Source of the DNA: Actinomycetes bacterium | Lineage (GTDB): Bacteria; Actinomycetota; Acidimicrobiia; Acidimicrobiales; Ilumatobacteraceae | Direction of reading: 5' to 3' | Assembly: GCA_029782355.1 (NCBI GenBank) | Contig: JAKOUY010000036.1 | Span: 2,193-66,192, forward strand | DNA length: 64,000 nucleotides | In this document: in pieces, positions 18,398-29,445 of the stretch | How the letters are laid out: each line of letters starts with the position of its first letter | How positions within the stretch are numbered: the first letter of the stretch is position 1 | Notes under the pieces: model-generated | Database searches by the model: none | Seen by the model: the letters and a program-made list of their open reading frames with translations, nothing else | What the model was told of the DNA's origin: nothing | Position numbers and translations under genes: made by a program

Positions 18398-20359
18398 GTG
18401 GCGGACCCTGTGTCCGCACCCACCGCCGAGTCGCTGTTCCCCGAACTGCCCGCCGAGCAGGCCCGCCTGGCCGCGTCGCGCGCCTGGCGGGACCGGATGA
18501 TCGCCCGCTTCGAACAGGTCGACCCGCAGCGCGCCGCCGACGAGATCACCCAGGAGTACGTCGAGGTCACGGTGGCCGAAGCGCTCGAGGATCTGCGCAC
18601 GCCCGGCGCCGGGGACTTCTTCGGGCGGATCACCGAGCAGGGCCGGGCGGGCGCCACCGGTCCGACCTGGTACGTCGGGCGTCGCCACATCGAGGACGAC
18701 GACCACGAACCGGTGGTGGTCGACTGGCGAGCACCGGTGGCGGCACCGTTCTACCGGGCGACGCACGTCGACCCCGTCGGGTTGGCCCATCGGCGCCGGT
18801 TCACCACCAGCGACGGGCAGCTCACCGCCTATCTCGACGAGCAGCTCGACGACCCCGATCACGAGACCGGCGGCACCGGTATCCCCGACCCGGTCCTGGC
18901 CGAGATCGGTGCGGCGCGCACCGGGGCGATGCGCGACATCGTCGCCACGATCCAGGCCGAGCAGGACGAGGTGATCCGCGCCCCACTCGACCAGTGCCTG
19001 GTGGTGCAGGGCGGGCCGGGGACCGGCAAGACGGCCGTCGGGCTGCACCGCGCCGCGTACCTGCTGTTCGAGCACCGCCGGCGCCTGTCGGCCACCGGCG
19101 TCCTGGTGGTCGGCCCCAACCCGGTCTTCCTCGACTACATCGCCAACGTCCTGCCGTCGCTCGGCGAACGCAGCGTCCGCCAGTGCACGGCGATCGATCT
19201 GTGCCTGCCGTCCGTGGCGATCACCGCGACCGACGACGACGAGGCCCGAGCGCAGAAGGGCAGCCCGGACATGTTGGCGGCCATCGAGTCGGCGACGACC
19301 ACCCACCTGCGCCGGCCGGTCGACGAGGTGCGCGTCCCCCTGGGCGCCCGCACCCTGGTGTTCCCGGCCCCCCAGCTCAACGACTGGATCGACCAGGCGC
19401 TCGACGCCCGGGCGCCGGTGAACCGCCGCCGGGCCAGCCTGGCCGGGATCGTCCAGCGCGACACCACCCGACGGTTCGACCGTGACGACGTCTGGCAGCA
19501 GGCCCCGGCGCTGCGCGCCGCGCTGGCCAGGGCCTGGCCGACCCAGCAACCGATCCGCCTGGCCGATGCCCTGCTGCCGGGCCGCCGCGGCCGGCGGAGG
19601 GCCTGGACGGTGGCCGACCAGTTCGTCGTCGACGAGGCCAACTCGCTGCTCAACGGCACGCCGTTCACCTCCGGCCACGTCGTCGTCGACGAGGCCCAGG
19701 ATCTCAGCGCCGTGGCGCTGCGCTGCATCGGCCGGCGCAGCCCGGCCGGTTCCCTGACGGTGCTGGGCGATCTCGCCCAGAGCACCACGCCCGCCGGGCA
19801 GCGATCGTGGGACGACGCCCTGGCGTGGTTGTGCCCCGGCCCCCAGGCGACCGCCGTGGCCCGCTTGACCGTCGGCTATCGAGTCCCGGGACCGATCCTG
19901 GAGGTCGCCAACCGGCTCCTGGCGCTGACCGGCGTCGACGTGACCCCCGGGACCAGCGTCCGTGGCCACGGCCAGCGGCCCGCCGTGCGCCGCAGCCGCG
20001 CCGCGGACCTGGCCGACACCGTGGCGGACGAGGTGGTGGCGGTCCGTCATCGCCACCACCACACCGGGGTCGTCTCCCCGGCGGCCCACCACTCGGCGAT
20101 CACCGCCGCGCTGGCCCGCCGCAACCTGCGCACCACCGGCCGGGTCGACCACCTCGACCACGACGAGGTCCCGCTGTTCGACCCCGAGTCGGTCAAGGGT
20201 CTGGAGTTCGACGGGGTCGTCGTCGTCCAGGCCCACGAGATCGCCGACGGCAGCCAGCGCGGCGCCCGCCTGCTCTACGTGGCGATGACCCGTGCCGTGC
20301 AGGTCCTGCACCTGGTGGGCGACCAGCCGCCGCCGGCGGTGCTGGGACTCAGTGGGTGA
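18398..20359 (+). CDS. helD: HelD/HelR-like UvrD-family ATPase (RNA polymerase recycling/protection factor type)
   Basis: ORF 18398..20359. The N-terminal motif WYVGRRHI..VVDWRAPVAAPFY is typical of actinobacterial HelD. Walker A is GGPGTGKT. VVDEAQD and a C-terminal helicase motif (YVAMTRA) are present. Confidence 0.75.
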   Translation: MADPVSAPTAESLFPELPAEQARLAASRAWRDRMIARFEQVDPQRAADEITQEYVEVTVAEALEDLRTPGAGDFFGRITEQGRAGATGPTWYVGRRHIEDDDHEPVVVDWRAPVAAPFYRATHVDPVGLAHRRRFTTSDGQLTAYLDEQLDDPDHETGGTGIPDPVLAEIGAARTGAMRDIVATIQAEQDEVIRAPLDQCLVVQGGPGTGKTAVGLHRAAYLLFEHRRRLSATGVLVVGPNPVFLDYIANVLPSLGERSVRQCTAIDLCLPSVAITATDDDEARAQKGSPDMLAAIESATTTHLRRPVDEVRVPLGARTLVFPAPQLNDWIDQALDARAPVNRRRASLAGIVQRDTTRRFDRDDVWQQAPALRAALARAWPTQQPIRLADALLPGRRGRRRAWTVADQFVVDEANSLLNGTPFTSGHVVVDEAQDLSAVALRCIGRRSPAGSLTVLGDLAQSTTPAGQRSWDDALAWLCPGPQATAVARLTVGYRVPGPILEVANRLLALTGVDVTPGTSVRGHGQRPAVRRSRAADLADTVADEVVAVRHRHHHTGVVSPAAHHSAITAALARRNLRTTGRVDHLDHDEVPLFDPESVKGLEFDGVVVVQAHEIADGSQRGARLLYVAMTRAVQVLHLVGDQPPPAVLGLSG

Positions 20360-22553
20360 AGCTGATCGTCGGGAGCACCTTGGCCAACCAGCGCGGCAGG
20401 TACCAGTTGCGCTCGCCGAGCAGGGCCATGGTTGCGGGCACGACGAGCACTCGGACCACCGTGGCATCGAGGGCCACGGCGACGGCCAACGTCAGTCCGA
20501 GCTCGGTGGGCGGGATCGGGCCGGTCACGCCGAAGGCGACGAAGACGACGATCATGATCAGCGCAGCGTTGGTGATCGGCCGACCGGTGCGGGCGATGCC
20601 CTCGGTGACCGCGGTCAGCGTCGATCCGGTGGCCTCGTAGCGCTCGCGGATCGCCGCCAGCAGGAACAGCTGGTAGTCCATCGACAGCCCGAACAGCAGG
20701 GCGAAGAAGAACAGCGGGGCCCAGGCGTCGACGAAGCCCTGGTGGTCGATGCCGATCAACCCGGCCCCGAACCCGTGCTGGAACACCAGGGTGGCGAAGC
20801 CGAACGCCGCGGCCACGGTCAACAGGTTCATGACGATGGAGAACACGGCGATGATCACGCTGCGGAACACGACCAGGAGCAGCAGGAAGGCGACGGCCAG
20901 GATGATGCCGATGGCCAGTGGTGCCCGGCCGGTCAGCACGCTGGTGAGGTCGTGGTTCTGTGCGGCCGGTCCCCCGACTGCGGCACTGGGCGCCGCCGCG
21001 TGCAGCCGGTCACGCAAGCCGGCCACGAGGTCGGCAGTGGCCGAGTCGTCGACCGGGGTGGAACCGATGACCCGGACCACGACCCGCCCGCTGGCCGCCG
21101 GCGGGGAGACCACGCGGGCGTCGAGCACCCCCGGCACCTGCCCGGCGGCGTCGACGACCGTCGCCGCCTGAGCCTGATCGACGGTGATCAGCACCGGCGC
21201 CGCGGCGCCCGGACCGAAGGCCTGGACCAGCGTGTCGTAGCCGTCGCGACTGGTCCGCCCGGTGTCCACCACCCGTGCCCCGGGCATGCCGAGGCGCATG
21301 CCGAGCGCCGGAGCGGCGACCACCAGCAGCAGGATCAGCCCGAGCGTCAGGGTCCGACCCGGGCGGCGCAGCGCCCAGCGGGTGACCCGCTCCCAGCGGC
21401 CTTCGGCGGCGATGTCCGGGTCCTCGGTGCCGTGCGGATGCGGGTTGCGCCGGGTGCGCAGGACGCGATCCCCCATGGCCACCAGCACCGCCGGGAGCAG
21501 GGTCAGCGCGGCGAGGGCGACGGCCACGACGGACAGGATCATCCCGAGGGCCATCGAGCGGAACACCATGACCGGCACGACGAACACCGCGGCCAGCGAG
21601 AAGACGACGGTCAGGGCCGACAGGAACACCGCCTTGCCGGCCGTGGCCAGGGCGTTGACCACCCCGTCCTCGGCGTTGGCGCCCTCTGCCCGCTCCTCGC
21701 GGTAGCGGGAGACGATGAACAGGCTGTAGTCGATGCCGACCGCCAGGCCGATCATCATCGAGAAGTTCATCGCCCACACCGACACCGGCATCTGCAGGCC
21801 GACGAGGTGCAGGCTGGCGAAGCCGACGGCGATGCCGGCGACGGCGAGGATCAGCGGGATGCCGGCGGCGATCAGGCTGCCGAAGGCCACCAGCAGCAGG
21901 ATCACCGTGGGCACTCCGGACACCAGCTCGGCGAGGTGCAGGGCCTCCTCGTTGGTCCGGTTGAAATCGGCCCACACCGGCCACTCGCCGGTCACGTCGG
22001 CACTGGCCCCCGTCGGGAGGTCGATGGCGGACACGGCGTCGCCGAGCGCCCCGGCCGACTCCGGGAGCTCGGCGTCACGCGTCGCCCGCAGCGCGACGGG
22101 GATCAGCGCGGTGCGCCCGTCACGAGCCATCAGTCCAGAGTCGGCGGGCATCGTCCGCGGGTCGACCACCCGTGCCGCGCCCGGTGCGCCGGCCACGGCG
22201 TCGACCAGGGTCGCCAGGCCGCCCGGCTGGGCGGTGATCGGTTGGTCCTGGTGGTAGACGACGTAGGCCGCCTCGGCCCCGACGGCGGCGAAGTCCCGGC
22301 GCAGCTCGTCGCGCACCCGCTGCGAGGTGGTGCCCTGGGCCTCCCATCCCGCGCCCGACAGTGCCCCGGTCAGGGTCACGGCCAGGGGCGCGGCGGCCAC
22401 GGCGACCAGGAGCCACAGCCCGATCACCAACCGCCTGCGGCGGGCCGACACTCGGGCGATGCGGCCGAGGATCCCGGCCGGTTGGGTGTGATGGTGGCCG
22501 CGTTCGACGTCGTCGTGGGCGGTCGCGGATCCGGTGTCGGCGGTGCTGGTCAT
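20349..22553 (-). CDS. MMPL family RND-type transporter
   Basis: In ORF 20349..23432 from ATG 22553 (MTSTADTGS..) with AGGAGGA upstream. GIDYSLFIVSRYREE and a second half with MDYQLFLL are typical of MMPL. Confidence 0.85.
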   Translation of the reverse strand: MTSTADTGSATAHDDVERGHHHTQPAGILGRIARVSARRRRLVIGLWLLVAVAAAPLAVTLTGALSGAGWEAQGTTSQRVRDELRRDFAAVGAEAAYVVYHQDQPITAQPGGLATLVDAVAGAPGAARVVDPRTMPADSGLMARDGRTALIPVALRATRDAELPESAGALGDAVSAIDLPTGASADVTGEWPVWADFNRTNEEALHLAELVSGVPTVILLLVAFGSLIAAGIPLILAVAGIAVGFASLHLVGLQMPVSVWAMNFSMMIGLAVGIDYSLFIVSRYREERAEGANAEDGVVNALATAGKAVFLSALTVVFSLAAVFVVPVMVFRSMALGMILSVVAVALAALTLLPAVLVAMGDRVLRTRRNPHPHGTEDPDIAAEGRWERVTRWALRRPGRTLTLGLILLLVVAAPALGMRLGMPGARVVDTGRTSRDGYDTLVQAFGPGAAAPVLITVDQAQAATVVDAAGQVPGVLDARVVSPPAASGRVVVRVIGSTPVDDSATADLVAGLRDRLHAAAPSAAVGGPAAQNHDLTSVLTGRAPLAIGIILAVAFLLLLVVFRSVIIAVFSIVMNLLTVAAAFGFATLVFQHGFGAGLIGIDHQGFVDAWAPLFFFALLFGLSMDYQLFLLAAIRERYEATGSTLTAVTEGIARTGRPITNAALIMIVVFVAFGVTGPIPPTELGLTLAVAVALDATVVRVLVVPATMALLGERNWYLPRWLAKVLPTISFTH

Positions 22554-22585
22554 CGTGTCCTCCTGGCGTCGGGCGGTCACCCTAC

Positions 22586-22601
22586 ATACCCCCGGGGGTA
22601 T
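22586..22601. promoter_or_regulatory. Perfect 16-bp palindrome ATACCCCCGGGGGTAT in a divergent promoter region
   Basis: Seen directly in the sequence. It lies 33 nt upstream of the MMPL ATG and 57 nt upstream of the geranylgeranyl reductase-family ATG. Confidence 0.4.
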
Positions 22602-22658
22602 TGGCAACTTGGCCGCCCGGCCCGCCACGGCACGCCCGCCCCGTAGCCTGGGGCTTCC

Positions 22659-23864
22659 ATGGAGCGGGTCGATGCGATCATCGTGGGCGCCGGACCGGCC
22701 GGCTCGGCCGCGGCCATCACCCTGGCCGCCCGCGGCAACCACGTCGTCCTGCTGGACAGGGCGACCTTCCCCCGGGACAAGTGCTGCGGTGACGGGCTGA
22801 CCACCCTGGCCGTGCGCGAGCTGGAGGCGCTCGGGCTGACCGCCGCCGACGTGGCCAACTGGTTCACCGTCACCGACGTCCGCCTGCGCGCCCCCGGCGG
22901 GCGCGACGTCCGCCTGACGCTGCCGGGCGACGGGGTGTTCGCCGCCACCGCGCCGCGCGCCGAGCTCGACGCCGCGCTGGTCCGCCTCGCCGGCTCGGCC
23001 GGCACGGACGTCCGCCAGGCCCACCGGGTCACCGCCGTCCGCCAGTCGGCCACCGGGGTCGAGGTGGACATTGACGGCCACGGCACCCTCGGCGCGCCGG
23101 TGCTGGTGGCCGCCGACGGGATGTGGTCCCCGACCCGCAAGTCGCTGGGGCTCGCCGAGGACGGCTACCTCGGCGAGTGGCACGCCTTCCGCCAGTACGC
23201 CACGGTGACCGGCGACGCCGCCCAGGCGCTGTACGTGTGGTTCGAGCCGGACCTGCTCCCCGGCTATGCGTGGAGCTTTCCGCTCCCGGGCGGGCGGGCC
23301 AACATCGGCTTCGGCGTTCGCCGCGACGGAACCCGCAAGATCCAGGACATGGCCGAGCTGTGGCCGCAGTTGCTCGCCCGGCCGCACATCGCCGCGGCGC
23401 TGGGAACGGGATTCGCCCCCGAGGGCCGGCACACCGCCTGGCCGATCCCGGCGGCCATCGACCGCAGCCCGTTAGCCAAGGGTCGAGTCCTGCTCGTCGG
23501 CGACGCAGCCATGGCCACGGACGTGATGACCGGCGAGGGCATCGGCCAGGCGCTGGTGACCGGGCGCCTGGCCGGTGAGGCGATCCTCGGTGGCGTCGCC
23601 GAGGCCCCGGCCCTGGCCGCCCGCTATCGATCGGCGGTGCGCCGCCACCTGCTGACCGACCATCGCCTCTCCAGCGCCCTCAGCCGAGCACTGAGCCACC
23701 CACGGCTCACCAACCGGGCGCTGCGCCTGGTGGACCGCAACGACTGGACCCGGCGGAACTTCGCCCGCTGGATGTTCGAGGACGAGCCACGGGCCGTGCT
23801 GCTGACCCCGCGGCGCTGGCACCGCCACGTCCTGCATCGCCCCGGAGCGTTCCGCTCGGCGTGA
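22659..23864 (+). CDS. Geranylgeranyl reductase family FAD-dependent oxidoreductase
   Basis: ORF 22659..23864. VDAIIVGAGPAGSAAA (FAD fold), FPRDKCCGDGLT and LVGDAA motifs are present. Confidence 0.8.
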   Translation: MERVDAIIVGAGPAGSAAAITLAARGNHVVLLDRATFPRDKCCGDGLTTLAVRELEALGLTAADVANWFTVTDVRLRAPGGRDVRLTLPGDGVFAATAPRAELDAALVRLAGSAGTDVRQAHRVTAVRQSATGVEVDIDGHGTLGAPVLVAADGMWSPTRKSLGLAEDGYLGEWHAFRQYATVTGDAAQALYVWFEPDLLPGYAWSFPLPGGRANIGFGVRRDGTRKIQDMAELWPQLLARPHIAAALGTGFAPEGRHTAWPIPAAIDRSPLAKGRVLLVGDAAMATDVMTGEGIGQALVTGRLAGEAILGGVAEAPALAARYRSAVRRHLLTDHRLSSALSRALSHPRLTNRALRLVDRNDWTRRNFARWMFEDEPRAVLLTPRRWHRHVLHRPGAFRSA

Positions 23865-23883
23865 GCCCGCTACCGTCGGCCGC

Positions 23884-24849
23884 ATGCGCACTCGGCTGAC
23901 CGAACTGCTGGACATCGAGCACCCGATCATGCTGGCCGGCATGGGCGGGGTCAGCTACCACGAACTGGTCGCCGCGGTCAGCGAGGCGGGCGGAATCGGC
24001 ACCCTCGGGGCCAGCACGATGCGCGAGGACGAGCTCCCCGAGGAGATGGCCAAGGTCCGCCAACGCACCGCCAAGCCGTTCGGGGTCGATCTGCTCACGG
24101 CGATGCCCGGCCAGGTCGAGGCCGGGGTGCGCAGCATCATCGACGGTGGGGCGTCGATCTTCGTCGCCGGACTGGGCGTGCCCCGCGAGGTGATCGACGA
24201 GTTGCACCGCCACCACGTCCTGATCGGGAGCATGTGCGGCAAGGTCCGTCACGCCATCGACGCCGTGGCCAGCGGGGTCGACTTCGTCGTCGCCCAGGGC
24301 ACCGAGGCCGGCGGGCACACCGGCACGGTGGCCACCATGGCGCTCGTGCCCCAAGTGGTCGACGCGGTCGGCGAGCGCGTCCCGGTGGTGGCCGCCGGCG
24401 GGCTGTTCGACGGGCGCGGTCTGGCCGCGGCGCTGACCCTCGGCGCCGACGGGGTGTGGATCGGAACCCGCTTCATCGCCACGCCCGAAGCGCGGGCCGT
24501 CAACGGCTACAAGGAGGCGGTGGTGGCCACACCCGAGGACGGCACGGTGATCAGCCGGGCCTTCACCGGCAAGACCTGCCGGGTAGTGCGCAACGCCACG
24601 ACCGCCCACTTCGAGGCCCACCCCGACGAGCTGCAGCCCTTCCCGGCGCAGTTCGTCGCCTCGGTGCGCGGCGGGTTCAACCACCTCGGCGCGCCCAGCG
24701 GCACGGCGGTGGACATCGACCGCGAGTTCCTGCCATGCGGCCAGGGAGCCGGGGCCATCGGCGGTCTGCGCCCGGCCGGGGAGCTGGTCGTCGAGATGGT
24801 CGAACAGGCCGAGGCCGCCCTCGGGCGCGTGGCAGCCTTGCGCCGATGA
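23884..24849 (+). CDS. Nitronate monooxygenase (NMO / 2-nitropropane dioxygenase family)
   Basis: ORF 23884..24849. Motifs: LLDIEHPIMLAGMGGVS, AQGTEAGGHTG, and a GG..DGRGLAAAL-type pattern. Confidence 0.85.
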   Translation: MRTRLTELLDIEHPIMLAGMGGVSYHELVAAVSEAGGIGTLGASTMREDELPEEMAKVRQRTAKPFGVDLLTAMPGQVEAGVRSIIDGGASIFVAGLGVPREVIDELHRHHVLIGSMCGKVRHAIDAVASGVDFVVAQGTEAGGHTGTVATMALVPQVVDAVGERVPVVAAGGLFDGRGLAAALTLGADGVWIGTRFIATPEARAVNGYKEAVVATPEDGTVISRAFTGKTCRVVRNATTAHFEAHPDELQPFPAQFVASVRGGFNHLGAPSGTAVDIDREFLPCGQGAGAIGGLRPAGELVVEMVEQAEAALGRVAALRR

Positions 24850-26261
24850 ACGCCGACCCGACCCTTCCCGATCACGTCGCCCGGCTGTGGGCCGACGAGA
24901 TCGTCCCGGTGATCACCGAGTACATCGCCATCCCCAACGTGTCGGTCGAGTACGACCCGGCGTGGAAGGCCAACGGGCACATGGATCGCGCCGTCGAACT
25001 GCTGCGGGCGTGGAGCGCGGCCAGGCCCATCGCCGGGATGACCGTCGAGGTCCACGAGTTGCCCGGGCGATCCCCGGTCCTGGTCATGGAGATCCCCGCG
25101 GCCAACGGCGCCAGCCAGGACGACACGGTGATCCTCTACGGCCATCTCGACAAGCAGCCGGAGATGACCGGGTGGCGCGACGGTCTGGGCCCGTGGTCCC
25201 CGGTGCGCGAGGGCGACCGGCTGTACGGGCGCGGCGGGGCCGACGACGGGTACTCGACCTTCGCCTCGCTGGCGGCGATCGAGGCCGCCCAGCGCGCCGG
25301 GTACCCCCACCACCGGTGCCTGGTCCTGATCGAGGCCAGCGAGGAGAGCGGCAGCATCGACCTCCCCGCCCACCTCGACGCCCTCGGCGACCGGCTCGGT
25401 TCCCCGAGCCTGGTGATGTGCCTCGACTCGGGCTGCCTCGATTGGGAGCGGATGTGGGTGACCACCTCACTGCGCGGCCTGACCGACGGCGTGCTGCGCG
25501 TCGACGTGCTGACCGATGGGGTGCACTCCGGGGACGCGTCCGGTGTCGTCCCGTCGTCGTTCCGGATCGCCCGCCACCTCCTCGAGCGGATCGAGGACAG
25601 CGCCACCGGGCGAATCCTGCTCGACGACCTGCACGCCGACATCCCCGCCGACCGGGTCGCCCAGGCCGACGCCACGGCGGCGCAGTTCTCGATCGACGAC
25701 CACTATCCCTGGCACGGCTCGACCCGGCCGATGACCACCGGCACCGCCGAGCAGCTCCTGGCCCGCACCTGGCGCCCGACCCTCAGCGTCACCGGCGCCG
25801 ACGGACTGCCGCCGAGCGGGCGAGCCGGCAACGTCCTGCGCCCGTTCACCGAACTGCGCCTCAGCTTCCGCCTGCCGCCGACCTGCGACGCCCACCGAGC
25901 CCTGGACGCGATCACCGCGGCACTGACCAGCGACCCGCCTGACGGCGCCACGGTGACCTTCGACCGCACCGGCGCGGCCAGCGGGTGGAACGCCCCGCCG
26001 TTCGCCCCGTGGCTGCGCCGGGCGATGGACGAGGCCTCGACGATCGCCTTCGGCAACGCCACCGAAGCGTTCGGCGAGGGCGGTTCGATCCCATTCATGG
26101 GCATGCTCGGCGAGCGCTTCCCCGACGCCCAGTTCGTGATCACCGGCGTGCTCGGTCCGCACACCAACGCCCACGGGCCCAACGAGTTCCTCCACCTGCC
26201 AACGGCCGAGCGACTGACGGTGTGCCTGGCCGAGATCCTCCGCTGCCACGCGCAACGCTGA
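24846..26261 (+). CDS. M20 family metallopeptidase / dipeptidase
   Basis: In ORF 24234..26261 from ATG 24846 (ATGA overlap with the NMO stop). YGHLDKQP, RLYGRGGADDGYS and EASEESGS are typical M20 metal-site motifs. Confidence 0.8.
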   Translation: MNADPTLPDHVARLWADEIVPVITEYIAIPNVSVEYDPAWKANGHMDRAVELLRAWSAARPIAGMTVEVHELPGRSPVLVMEIPAANGASQDDTVILYGHLDKQPEMTGWRDGLGPWSPVREGDRLYGRGGADDGYSTFASLAAIEAAQRAGYPHHRCLVLIEASEESGSIDLPAHLDALGDRLGSPSLVMCLDSGCLDWERMWVTTSLRGLTDGVLRVDVLTDGVHSGDASGVVPSSFRIARHLLERIEDSATGRILLDDLHADIPADRVAQADATAAQFSIDDHYPWHGSTRPMTTGTAEQLLARTWRPTLSVTGADGLPPSGRAGNVLRPFTELRLSFRLPPTCDAHRALDAITAALTSDPPDGATVTFDRTGAASGWNAPPFAPWLRRAMDEASTIAFGNATEAFGEGGSIPFMGMLGERFPDAQFVITGVLGPHTNAHGPNEFLHLPTAERLTVCLAEILRCHAQR

Positions 26262-26274
26262 GCGCGCCGCGCCG

Positions 26275-27633
26275 TCAGGTGTCGCCGCTGACCCCCGCCG
26301 GACCGGGTGGCTGCACGGGATCGGTGGGCGGCTGGCAGGCCACGCCGGCCAGGGCGATGTCCTGGCAGATCGTCGCCCGGCTGATCTTCCAGGATCCCCC
26401 GATCCGGTTGGCCTCGCCGAACCGGCCGGTGAAGTGCGTGCCGTTGGCGGTCAGCTCGTACTGGAACCAGGCTCGGGTGGGCGAGGCGAAGACCAGGTCA
26501 CCGAAGGCATACTCGGCCTGCTTCGCCGCGTCGCCGAACTGCCCTTGACCGACTTGGTCGAGTGCGTCGGCGACTCCGGTGGCATCGTCCAACGCGGCGC
26601 GGCGCTCGGCGAACGGCTTGGATGAGCGGAACAACAGGTCGAACTGGTTGCTGATCGCGGTGCGCTCGGCGTCCGGGTTCGCCGGCTGCTGGGCACCCGG
26701 CGCGGGAAGCCCGGGGGGCGGCGGGGTGCACGCCCGCTGCCAGCGGGCATCGCCCTCGGCGGGGATCTGCGTCCAGTCCACCGTGGTCACCTTGCCCTGC
26801 GACCCCGTCAGGCGCAGGCTGAACTTGCCGTTGAACCCGCCCGGGGCAGCGAGCACGGCGTAGCCGCCTGCCGCCGGCGCCGTGTCGGACACGCCGTCGG
26901 CGAAGCGGACCGTGACCGAGGTGACGTCGGCGGGCACCTGGGCGACCATCACCCGGTACGGCGTGCCATCGGCTTGGCCGGCATCGTGCAAGGTGACCCG
27001 GACCTGACCGGACGGGGCATAGGTCGGCCCGTTGGCCACAGACACCGAGCCGTTGCGCACGCTGGTCAGGCGATAGGAACCGGTGGCGAAGCACCACGCC
27101 GGCGGGTTCCAGCCGCCGGGCGAGGACCCCACGGCGGACCCGACGCTCACGTCGATGCGGGGCGGCACCACGCCCAGCGTGGTGGGCGGAGCCGGCACCG
27201 CGACGGCCGGCGCGGCATTGCCGGCCGACACCGTGATCACGCCTCCGGCGTTGGACGAGATCGAGATGACGGCGCCGGGGACCAACGGCTGGGACGAGTC
27301 GGACTGGAAGCCGGCGAGGGCGTAGAGCACCAGCGAGATCCCGTCCGGCGTCGTTCGCCGGGCGAGCACCGTCAGCGGGTCGCCGAGATAGTCACTCCCG
27401 GAATCCGGGTAGCCGGGCACCGTGGTGGCCGGCCCGGCGGGCGCCGGGACCGTATCGGCCACGCTGGGCTGGGCGGTGACCGGCACGGTCGACTCGTCCG
27501 ATGTCCCGTGATCCCCGCCGACGAGGGCGAACACCGCCCCGCCGATGCACAGGGCGAGGATGCCGGAGGCCACCCACCAGATCTTGCGCGAGCCGCCCCC
27601 GACCTCACTGGGATCCGTGTCACTGATGCGCAT
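26275..27633 (-). CDS. Hypothetical membrane-anchored protein (single N-terminal TM helix, extracytoplasmic domain)
   Basis: ORF 26275..27633. It has one TM helix (IWWVASGILALCIGGAVFALV). Composition is coding-like and I recognise no family. Confidence 0.5.
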   Translation of the reverse strand: MRISDTDPSEVGGGSRKIWWVASGILALCIGGAVFALVGGDHGTSDESTVPVTAQPSVADTVPAPAGPATTVPGYPDSGSDYLGDPLTVLARRTTPDGISLVLYALAGFQSDSSQPLVPGAVISISSNAGGVITVSAGNAAPAVAVPAPPTTLGVVPPRIDVSVGSAVGSSPGGWNPPAWCFATGSYRLTSVRNGSVSVANGPTYAPSGQVRVTLHDAGQADGTPYRVMVAQVPADVTSVTVRFADGVSDTAPAAGGYAVLAAPGGFNGKFSLRLTGSQGKVTTVDWTQIPAEGDARWQRACTPPPPGLPAPGAQQPANPDAERTAISNQFDLLFRSSKPFAERRAALDDATGVADALDQVGQGQFGDAAKQAEYAFGDLVFASPTRAWFQYELTANGTHFTGRFGEANRIGGSWKISRATICQDIALAGVACQPPTDPVQPPGPAGVSGDT

Positions 27634-27681
27634 CCGTCCCTCCCGCCCGCCATGGTGGCAGAGCGGCGTGGAGCTGTGCGG

Positions 27682-29352
<1,671 letters not shown>

Positions 29353-29445
29353 CCGAGCGAGGCTAGCGGCCGGGGCGCCTCGGCTCTCACCGTGATCTCA
29401 CCAGGCGTTCAACCGGGGGCAACCGGCGCCGATCAGACTGGCGCG

